Shown here piece after piece: positions 1-7,813 of a stretch of DNA of 64,000 nucleotides; positions within the stretch are counted from its first letter, which is position 1; each line of letters opens with the position of its first letter. Both the position numbers and the translations under genes were made by a program. The DNA is from an uncultured Methanomicrobiales archaeon (GTDB lineage: Archaea > Halobacteriota > Methanomicrobia > Methanomicrobiales > Methanospirillaceae): positions 512,001-576,000 of the forward strand of contig OY969100.1 of assembly GCA_963697895.1 (NCBI GenBank), written 5' to 3'. The notes under the pieces are model-generated. The model saw only the letters and a program-made list of their open reading frames with translations. It was not told the origin of the DNA and made no database searches.

Positions 1-1245
1 ATCCCTCTTTACTGGTTCTATACCCTCATCCATACCTACTACTAGGCCGACCGGAACCGGATAAAGGGATAGATCCTCCCTCGCACGAAGGTAACCTCCG
101 CCAGTGATATTCAGGAGAATCATCTCATCAGGATCGAGCTGCCCCTCTCTGACCGCCTGGATAAGAGAAGCAGTGCAGACTGCTGCAGCAGGATCGAGGT
201 CGATCCCCTCAAGTTCCATAAACAATTTTCCGGCCTGCATCGCATCATCATTGGAGATGGAGTACATCTTTCCCTTCGTATTCATGAGCGCATCATATAC
301 CCCTCCCCGGACCGCGTAGGGAGGGTTTCGGTTCGTCAATACATCTGCGTATACCTGTGCGATTGCCCTGCGTGCATCCGGCATATCAAGAGCTGGATCA
401 ATCTCTTCACGGCCAGCGTTCCATGCACTTACCATCGGGACAAAGGGGAAATTTTGGCAAAGATGGAGGCAGGGAAGATGTGACCCGAACCTTCCGTCAC
501 CCCGGAGACGAATCGATGCTTCCCATGCTGCAATCGCGCCTGCCCCGCTCCCGATTGCCTGGAAATAATGCGCAGGAATCCGGCCGGATGCGATAGTAGC
601 GTCGAGCATAACCGTCCCCATGCCATCCCTTCGGGCCACATTTCCGGTCCCACCCTCGGGCACCAGATGTTCCATCCGGACAATCTCCTGTGAAAACGTA
701 ATTGCATCGCTGTAGTCCCCTTTCACCGCAATGAGCAGGACATCATGGGTCTTTTCCGTGGTCCAGATGCGGGGCACCGACTTTTCCGGAACAACCACGA
801 CCACCGGGATGCCGGTCTGGGCAGAGACCTGGGAGAAAGCTCTTCCCGTGTTGCCCGCGGACGCGACCACCAGCACCCCCGTTCCTTTCTCCTTCATGCG
901 AAGCATGGTCGGAGCCGCTTCCAGTTCTTTGAAAGAGCATGTCCTGCAAAACGCGGACCTTTCGGGCCAGTATCCCGAGAACCCTACAAACAGATTCCGG
1001 AGCCCGATCTCTCCGGCCAGGGCCTCGCTTTGAAAGGTGACCGGACCCCCGTCGGTCCGGAGCACCCCTTCAACCGGAAGCCAGTCATGAAAACGGAAGA
1101 GCCCCGGATTCTGACGAAGGGTGAGCCGGGCATTCCGGTATTCTGTTCGGAGAAGAGCCTGGTGACCTGATGGACAGGCGATCGTGTATCTGTCCTCAAC
1201 GACCTCCCCACCACCCAGGCAGCGGAGACGATACTTCTTATCCAT
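1..1245 (-). CDS. Cysteate synthase (threonine-synthase-like PLP enzyme, coenzyme M biosynthesis); 3' end runs off the window
   Basis: Not in ORF track. Manual translation MDKKYRLRCLGGGEVVED...SGYWPERSAFCRTCSFKELEA...VASAGNTGRAF...NVARRDGMGTV...YFQAIGSGAGAIAAWEA...VLTNRNPPY...LLNITGGG; PLP-lysine SFK motif; open to position 1. Confidence 0.88.
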   Translation of the reverse strand, partial: MDKKYRLRCLGGGEVVEDRYTIACPSGHQALLRTEYRNARLTLRQNPGLFRFHDWLPVEGVLRTDGGPVTFQSEALAGEIGLRNLFVGFSGYWPERSAFCRTCSFKELEAAPTMLRMKEKGTGVLVVASAGNTGRAFSQVSAQTGIPVVVVVPEKSVPRIWTTEKTHDVLLIAVKGDYSDAITFSQEIVRMEHLVPEGGTGNVARRDGMGTVMLDATIASGRIPAHYFQAIGSGAGAIAAWEASIRLRGDGRFGSHLPCLHLCQNFPFVPMVSAWNAGREEIDPALDMPDARRAIAQVYADVLTNRNPPYAVRGGVYDALMNTKGKMYSISNDDAMQAGKLFMELEGIDLDPAAAVCTASLIQAVREGQLDPDEMILLNITGGGYLRAREDLSLYPVPVGLVVGMDEGIEPVKRD

Positions 1246-1250
1246 TTCTT

Positions 1251-2489
1251 TCATCCTTCCCTGGTTGTGAACTGATATTTTCCGGCCTGAATATCCTTCT
1301 TCAACCGAATGCAGAGATCCTCGGCCCTGTTCCGGTCGGACTGGCGGAGTGTTATCGGCACCCGCAGATCCCCGACGGTGATCGATCCCAAACGACCCTG
1401 ATAATTCCCTCCAGGGCAGACTTTGACACAGGTTCCGCAATTTACACAACGGCTTCGATCGATCCCGATACCAGGAGTAATCGCTCCCGTCGGGCAATCC
1501 CTTGAAGCTGTGCAGATCTCACAGTTCCGGCAACCGGTCGGTGAATATTGTATGACCCAATCGGTGTCGTTCCAGACATTTCCATAATCGCTCCTTGCGA
1601 TGGGCACCCGGTCCTCGATATCGGCAAGGGGCAGTACAATATCGGCATCCCGAATGCGGAGCGCATCGAGTATACTCTCATCGAGAACAGGGATGGGAAT
1701 AGCGAGAGATGTGAGGCATTCGGGTCCGTTCGAGGTGCAAAACCCGCCCATCGTAACAGGATCCATCTCCTTAAGATCGCCAAAAACGGAGAGGTTCGGT
1801 CTTTCGGGGCTGCTCCGTGTTCCTTCACCGATCACCCATCCCGGGGCTCCGTTCAGCATACCCTGCATACCTGCCGTGATCACCCTGCGTTTCGGGTCAT
1901 TTTCCAGGGGGTTGATCTCTCCGCACCCGCTCACCGAGCACTCCCTGCATCTTCCCTTCATCTTCGTGACCGAAAAGATCGATCTTGTATATCGCTTCCC
2001 CCGGTTCAGATATCCGGTATAATTCCGGTACGCGGATCGGGTTGTAATAAGTCGGGCCATATTACAGTCATCAAGAGTTATCCGGGTTGAATATTTCCTG
2101 CTTTCGACCGTTACCTCTACATCGACACCCTTTCTCTCCACAAGATCGCGAAACAGGTGTCCGCCGCCATACGTGGCATTTGTATGAGCGGTTCCATATA
2201 CTATCACATCTACGATTCCTAACCATTCGTTGGGACAAGGTCCGGGATATGCAGGAACATCGTTCAGCCAGACTTCCCCTGCCCGGTCGAAGGATCCCGG
2301 TCGAGCGACCGGGAAAGAAAGAAGTGCAAAAGTTCCCGACATCACTCCGAAGGTCCCGGTCGTGACCACGTCCACCTCATCAATCCCGATATGCTCACCA
2401 TCGGCGGTCCGCTCCTTGAATTCACGGGCAGTCAGTACGGTGGCTTCTCCGCGCAAGATCCGTTCATTGATCATTGCCAGTGACTTCAT
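1251..2489 (-). CDS. Methanogenesis marker 16 metalloprotein (COG1900/DUF39 with C-terminal 2x[4Fe-4S] ferredoxin domain), candidate sulfur-insertion step of CoM synthesis
   Basis: VDVVTTGTFGVMSGT, GPCPNEWLG and SGCGEINPLENDP motifs; CxxCxxCxxxxxCP and CxxCxxCxxxCP; start MKSLAMIN overlaps upstream stop (ATGA). Confidence 0.85.
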   Translation of the reverse strand: MKSLAMINERILRGEATVLTAREFKERTADGEHIGIDEVDVVTTGTFGVMSGTFALLSFPVARPGSFDRAGEVWLNDVPAYPGPCPNEWLGIVDVIVYGTAHTNATYGGGHLFRDLVERKGVDVEVTVESRKYSTRITLDDCNMARLITTRSAYRNYTGYLNRGKRYTRSIFSVTKMKGRCRECSVSGCGEINPLENDPKRRVITAGMQGMLNGAPGWVIGEGTRSSPERPNLSVFGDLKEMDPVTMGGFCTSNGPECLTSLAIPIPVLDESILDALRIRDADIVLPLADIEDRVPIARSDYGNVWNDTDWVIQYSPTGCRNCEICTASRDCPTGAITPGIGIDRSRCVNCGTCVKVCPGGNYQGRLGSITVGDLRVPITLRQSDRNRAEDLCIRLKKDIQAGKYQFTTREG

Positions 2490-3112
2490 ATCCGGATATC
2501 CTCGATTCTGATATGCAAACCCCATGATTTATGGAGTATCATGTTAACCACGCCGGTATGGCAGAGGTTCATCATGCAAGCGGACGGCATGAACGGTTGG
2601 CGGAGGCCGAAGACCGGTTCCCGGCTGGTGACAGCGGCCCTTCCCTCGAATCCGATAACATGGTACGCCTCCACATCATGATGTTTCCGGCCCCGGAGGG
2701 CGAGTGGCCCGACCGTGTGACAGATCAATACCCCGGTGACGGGATTGGCTTCGAGAACTTCGAGGACGTGCTGGACCGGGCAGCCCGACCCCGCCGGTCG
2801 TCCGACAACCAGGTCGCCCCTGCTCATCTTCCATGCCGAAACAAGGTCAGGGCGGAACGGGAGAATACTCTTCCGGGGGGACGGCTCACCGGGTATCGGT
2901 TCGAGGATGAAGTCCGCCATTCTTCCCACGATGTCCAGGGCGGGTTGTGAGATAAACCCTGTGGAACTGGCCTCGGTATTCGGTGTCGATTCGCCTGAGA
3001 ACGGGCAGTCGTCCCGTGTCTTTGCCTTCTCCATTACCAGACGAGTAAAATCTTCGCATGTCCGGCTGCCGCAGGCACCACAATCCTTTCCGGGGGGGAT
3101 CCACGAATCCAT
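2486..3112 (-). CDS. Fe-S-binding protein (N-terminal putative Fe-S domain PGKDCGACGSRTC...CP)
   Basis: Cys motif plus further GCPVQH and CMMNLCHTG; start MDSWIPP chosen next to upstream stop. Confidence 0.75.
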   Translation of the reverse strand: MDSWIPPGKDCGACGSRTCEDFTRLVMEKAKTRDDCPFSGESTPNTEASSTGFISQPALDIVGRMADFILEPIPGEPSPRKSILPFRPDLVSAWKMSRGDLVVGRPAGSGCPVQHVLEVLEANPVTGVLICHTVGPLALRGRKHHDVEAYHVIGFEGRAAVTSREPVFGLRQPFMPSACMMNLCHTGVVNMILHKSWGLHIRIEDIRI

Positions 3113-3113
3113 T

Positions 3114-3824
3114 TCAATCGCCCCGGTACAGACTATCGGCACCGTCCAGTTTCCGCACCACTCCCGAATGGTGTTGCCAGCCAATCTCTTTTTTACCAAC
3201 ACAGATGGTACAGACGCCGAGCGGTGGGGTACCCCGGAGAGTTATCGTATCGGGGTCCTGAATATCCGGTGTTGTATCGATGGACCTGATCAGGTACCGA
3301 AGCCCTGTTCCCTGGATGGCATTTGTCTCGATGATGTCTATGTCAGGGGCGACCTCCCGCACCCGCTCCCGGAAGACTTCTTTTTCCGCCTGTGAAACGA
3401 GATCTGTTTTAGTCACGACCGCCGCATCGGCGAGCGCGATCATCGGGGCCATCTTAAGCGGGCTGTTTGTCCCCCCGGCGGCTGAAAGGACCACGATTCC
3501 GAGGGACTGGGTAGTGTATGGCGTGCACCGGAGGCAGAGTCCGGCACTCTCGAGGATCAGGATATCAGCATCGCATTTCCCGGCCCATGCGATCGCATCC
3601 CGGAGGACCATGACTCCGGCGTGGTCCGGGCATAAATCCCCTGAATACACCTTTCGTGCTGGAATGCCGAATTCATCTGCAAGCTCCTCGTCCTCGAATG
3701 CCCGGACGACATCGATCTTCAGGTACGCGATCTGTTTTTCGTCTGCCAGGAGTTCACGGATCACCTGGCGCGCCACCGCTGTCTTTCCGGCGCTCGGCGG
3801 TCCGGCAAAGATGACCAGTTTCAC
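3114..3824 (-). CDS. HypB/UreG/CobW-like (G3E) GTP-binding protein
   Basis: GPPSAGKT Walker A, LCPDH, ESAGLCLRC, TKTD G4 motif, C-terminal CTICVG; GTG start overlaps upstream TGA. Confidence 0.85.
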   Translation of the reverse strand: MKLVIFAGPPSAGKTAVARQVIRELLADEKQIAYLKIDVVRAFEDEELADEFGIPARKVYSGDLCPDHAGVMVLRDAIAWAGKCDADILILESAGLCLRCTPYTTQSLGIVVLSAAGGTNSPLKMAPMIALADAAVVTKTDLVSQAEKEVFRERVREVAPDIDIIETNAIQGTGLRYLIRSIDTTPDIQDPDTITLRGTPPLGVCTICVGKKEIGWQHHSGVVRKLDGADSLYRGD

Positions 3825-4603
3825 CCCGGACACTCCTCCCCGATCAGGAGATCCCCCGACCGGATCCTCTCCCGGTAGGAGGAGAGGAGCCGGTCCATCA
3901 TCGCCACCTGCTCGATAATCCCCTTCTCTATGCCGTCCGGGACCAAAATCTTCTCAACAGCCCCGTTCCGCATCACGATCCGCCGGTCACCGAGGAGGGC
4001 GAGGAGTGGATCGTGCGTCACAAAGAGGACCGCCTTCCGGTGGTGCTTAAGGAGGGGTATTACCTTCTCTTTGCAGATCCCTCCACTCTCCACCTCGTCG
4101 AGGAGAATGATGGGGGTGCTGCAGATGGTGATTGCATCCGCGATGAAGAGCGATCGGGTCTGTCCCCCCGAGAGCGAGGTCATGCGCATCGGCCCGGCGA
4201 TCTTTTCGCCGGTGAACTCGTTTGCGAGTCCGATTGTCCTCACGATGATGCCGGGGTCTTCGATTCGCCGTGCTCTCACATGCATACCGAGGAATTCGTT
4301 CACCGTCAGATCGGCGAGACATTTCGTGTTCTGGGTAATGAGGGCGATCGGTTTACAGGCCGGGTCGCGGATGAGGTGTTCCGGGGGTTCCTGGCCGTTC
4401 ACGAGTACCGTCCTCCCGGTCGCTGTGTCGTTCCGCGCAAAAACTTCGATATCATTGATGAGCGCCGACTTCCCCGAACCTGTGGGACCGACAATGGAGA
4501 TAATATCACCGGGGCGGATGATGATCTCCGTAAAATTTTCTCCTTCCCCTTGCCGGTTCTTCCCGGGGAGGATAGTAATTGATCCTATCGGGTAATCGGG
4601 CAT
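3821..4603 (-). CDS. Stand-alone ABC-type ATPase
   Basis: GPTGSGKS, LSGGQ, ILLDE, VTHD motifs; no permease adjacent. Confidence 0.88.
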   Translation of the reverse strand: MPDYPIGSITILPGKNRQGEGENFTEIIIRPGDIISIVGPTGSGKSALINDIEVFARNDTATGRTVLVNGQEPPEHLIRDPACKPIALITQNTKCLADLTVNEFLGMHVRARRIEDPGIIVRTIGLANEFTGEKIAGPMRMTSLSGGQTRSLFIADAITICSTPIILLDEVESGGICKEKVIPLLKHHRKAVLFVTHDPLLALLGDRRIVMRNGAVEKILVPDGIEKGIIEQVAMMDRLLSSYRERIRSGDLLIGEECPG

Positions 4604-4708
4604 ATAACAATCATCAGGAACGGAACGTAATATAATTATCTTTAATACCTATAATAATAATACTTTAAGGTATAAATAATTGGTATATTGATACAAATGG
4701 GGTAACAA
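4604..4708. promoter_or_regulatory. Divergent AT-rich promoter region with near-palindrome ATACTTTAAGGTAT (4660-4673)
   Basis: Very AT-rich 105 bp between divergent starts; TATA-like boxes on both strands. Confidence 0.5.
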
Positions 4709-5200
4709 ATGCTCTCTAAAAGAATGTTTCAGCTGGGGTTTCGTGAAGCGCTCGCCGAGGAACTTCACCGGAAGGATATGACCGTCCGGGATCTCGCGAC
4801 GAGAACCGGGATTCCGCCTGCCACTTTGTACAAAATAACGGCGGGTGAACGGGATCCCCGGTTCTCTACGGTTAAACGTATTCTGGAAGTTCTTGAGCCA
4901 CAGGACAGGGGTTTCATCGCCGTGATCGCCGCAAAGTTCATCCTGGACAGGGTGGAGGGAAGGGAGATACCTGGAGACGGACACCAGTACCGGGTACGCG
5001 GGTACGCGGCAAACTCCATGGACGAATGTATTGTTGCAGCAGTTGCTGCGGAACGGGAGGGAGCGGTCGGCATCATATGTGCCCCGATTCTGGCCCCGCT
5101 CGTGGAGAAGATAGTCGATGTACCGGTCGCGATCATTAAACCGAGCACGGACACGGTGGAAGACGCAATGAAGACTCTGGCCCTGATTCTTCGTCGTTGA
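4709..5200 (+). CDS. XRE-family HTH transcriptional regulator with C-terminal putative ligand-binding domain
   Basis: MTVRDLATRTGIPPATLYKITAGERDPRFSTVKRI helix-turn-helix; C-terminal GAVGIICAPI...VDVPVAII alpha/beta domain. Confidence 0.8.
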   Translation: MLSKRMFQLGFREALAEELHRKDMTVRDLATRTGIPPATLYKITAGERDPRFSTVKRILEVLEPQDRGFIAVIAAKFILDRVEGREIPGDGHQYRVRGYAANSMDECIVAAVAAEREGAVGIICAPILAPLVEKIVDVPVAIIKPSTDTVEDAMKTLALILRR

Positions 5201-5308
5201 GCAGCTGGCTGACTGAAGGGGAAAAACACGCCCCCTCTATCGTGCATTATTTATCATCCCTTTACCGGAAGTATTTGGTAATATGATCCTGGGAGAGAGC
5301 ATTACCGG

Positions 5309-6016
5309 TTATTTTATCCCGGCACGGTGGTTTCCGTCGCAGAATGGCTTATTATGGGATTTACCGCAACGACAGAGCGTAAGACGATTGCGAATTTCAT
5401 ACCGTGTCCCTTCTGCGGATTCTACCGGAATGCCACCCCGTACCCATATCGGACCGTTTACCCCTTCCTGAATATCCTTGACCAATCCGATGGAGGGGCT
5501 AAATTTCGGCTCAATTGCAGTTTCAGAAGTTTTATCCCAGATTACCAGGCGTCCGGAAGGACAATTTCCCCCTTCTTCTATGGCAAGTGTTGCCGCTTCC
5601 GGAATATCTGATTGCCGGGTCAGATTCCAGATTCTTCCCATTCGAAGACAAAAACGGGCATGTGAACATAAGTCCTCTGCATCGGTGAGTTTCAAGACAG
5701 GCCCCTCAAGCTCTTTTGCCTGATCTTTGTACATATCCCTGCTGGCCGTCTCAGTGCCATCGAAATTCGCCATTATATGCGTTCGATCACAGAATGGTTT
5801 ATTTTGAGATCGCCCGCAGCGGCACAATTCATATTCTTCCGTCACCACATATGAGTCTCCCTGCAACCATTTGTAGGAATATCCTTCGGCATCCGTTTCA
5901 ATTATCTGGTCACTCACCGGAATCCCCCCGGAGACCTGATACGGTCCATCTTTCTGCACCATTATCTTCCGACCTTCATATGCAGGATTATGTCCTTTCC
6001 CCTTGTTCTTCGACAT
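5309..6016 (-). CDS. CDGSH iron-sulfur domain protein (two CDGSH motifs flanking a ferredoxin-like insert)
   Basis: LCRCGRSQNKPFCDRTH and LCRCGKSHNKPFCDGNH; central CSHARFC...CPSGRL. Confidence 0.9.
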   Translation of the reverse strand: MSKNKGKGHNPAYEGRKIMVQKDGPYQVSGGIPVSDQIIETDAEGYSYKWLQGDSYVVTEEYELCRCGRSQNKPFCDRTHIMANFDGTETASRDMYKDQAKELEGPVLKLTDAEDLCSHARFCLRMGRIWNLTRQSDIPEAATLAIEEGGNCPSGRLVIWDKTSETAIEPKFSPSIGLVKDIQEGVNGPIWVRGGIPVESAEGTRYEIRNRLTLCRCGKSHNKPFCDGNHRAGIK

Positions 6017-6550
6017 GATTCATCCCTTCCTGATGATAATCTACACCGTCAATATTTACATACATATGGACAGGCATTTTACTCAGAAAATTAATGGTTT
6101 TTCGTTATTCCCGCGAATCAAATCATTCATTGAAGGGCCTCCCTGAAATAAAAGGATACTGAAGAAGTCTTGATCGTAGCACCGGTATGGAGTAGGTTTT
6201 TTTGCATGGGCAGGCCTCTCGGATTCGTCATTCCTGCCGGAACCGAAATTGATCATGACTTACTTACCGAACAAGCACAAAATTGCGCTACATAAACAGG
6301 GGAAGAATGACATTATTGGTTCACCCGGAAGATGTGAATCTGTCAGGATATCTTGCGCCCGGCGATTGAACTTGGGATTGGGTCGGATCATCAGGCGGGA
6401 TCCGGCCCGTTTTGAGCAGTTCATCCAAATATTTATCCGGGTAGAGCGTTCTGTTTATATGGAACACTTGACCGTTATCCTGGCATAGATCTTGCTTATA
6501 CAGGGAAATCCCCAGCAAAGAATTATTCGGGACATGGCTTGTGTAGAAAG

Positions 6551-6622
6551 GTCCCGGTAGGGTAGTGGATATCCTAGAAGCCTGCGGAGCTTTTGACCCG
6601 GGTTCGAATCCCGGCCGGGGCG
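6551..6622 (+). tRNA. tRNA-Arg (anticodon GCG)
   Basis: Acceptor GTCCCGG/CCGGGGC, anticodon arm GAAGC-CTGCGGA-GCTTT, T arm CCGGG-TTCGAAT-CCCGG; no intron, no encoded CCA. Confidence 0.95.
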
Positions 6623-6833
6623 TATTATTTGGGTTTCCTATTCGCACAAAGAGAATATCGACCGCTTTCTACAGTAATATATGCAATTCACGTGAGATCT
6701 CATATTCGGGTTACAGGTAAGATCTGTCCACTTACCGTTATTCTCAGGTCTAACCTCTACGACGGTCCGTTGAGGTGCGAGTGAATACCGAACAGGAAGA
6801 AAGGTTATATAAGTTACTGCTGATATGCGAGGT

Positions 6834-7379
6834 ATGAAAAGAATTGCCATCGGCCTGTTTATCTGTGCATTCCTCGCGATCCTCGTTGCCGGATGCACTA
6901 CTACTCCGGTCACCCCACCGGCGACGACCATACCTCCGACCACTACCGTTAGTACACCTGTTCCCACCACCTCACCGATCACCGATCCGGCTTTGGTGGG
7001 GACGTGGTATCTATTGGCATGGACCGGGCCAGGCGGAGCAAACCCTATCCAGACAATAGGGACGCAAATAACCGCGATCTTCACCAGTGATGGAGGGTTG
7101 TCCGGCTTCGGAGGATGCAACAATTACAACGGTCAGTACACGCTGACGGGCCAGGTCCTCCCGGATGGGAAGGGTATTACGATCGGACCGATCATCACCA
7201 CATTGATGTTCTGCGCAGATTCAAGCACCACAGAAGGGACGTACCTTTCGATCCTGCAGAATGCGACGAGTTACACGGTGAACACGAACCAGCAGTTAAC
7301 CCTCACGGACCGTGACGGAAGTATGCTCGTATTTGGGCCGGCGCCATATGGAACTACGGCGGTGCCAATAGGATCATAA
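6834..7379 (+). CDS. META (HslJ-like) domain lipoprotein
   Basis: Signal with lipobox VAGC, Thr/Pro linker, LVGTWYL...GFGGCNNYNGQY...TTLMFC. Confidence 0.85.
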   Translation: MKRIAIGLFICAFLAILVAGCTTTPVTPPATTIPPTTTVSTPVPTTSPITDPALVGTWYLLAWTGPGGANPIQTIGTQITAIFTSDGGLSGFGGCNNYNGQYTLTGQVLPDGKGITIGPIITTLMFCADSSTTEGTYLSILQNATSYTVNTNQQLTLTDRDGSMLVFGPAPYGTTAVPIGS

Positions 7380-7813
7380 ACTTATTTTTCTTATTTTAGG
7401 ATTGGGACATTCGATGTTAATTTGTGCGGATTTTTCTTCGCACCGTTTTATGAGGATGTTCAGACATCAGAAAGCGGCTCATGGGCATTTTCTAAAATAG
7501 ACAGTTATCACGGTGGCGAAAATTATATCATCTCCTCGATAATGATGCCTGATGATAACGAGGGGACGATTTGGTCCCTAATTCACGGCGATATCTGATG
7601 TGAAATGCGGCATTGCCAACCAGCCGGGATTGTTATCTCTCCTGAAAGAAAAGATAAATTCTTTTGATCCGATTTAAAACCGATTGGATTATATCCGGGT
7701 ATATTTAAAAATCAGAACGATCATCCTTTCTCCGGGCGAAAGATATCCTGATTGGCTGGTCAACCTGCCATAATCGCATGAATAGTATTTTTACCGTTTA
7801 ATGGAGGGAAAAA

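Noticed and set aside
6249-6647. ORF-track ORFs around the tRNA (79 aa plus, 108 aa minus)
   Set aside because: No recognisable motifs; the longer one is antisense to the tRNA
7540-7600. TGATGA...CTGA resembling a C/D box sRNA (similar weak pattern at ~10620-10682)
   Set aside because: No convincing internal D'/C' boxes or terminal stem; guide complementarity cannot be tested here
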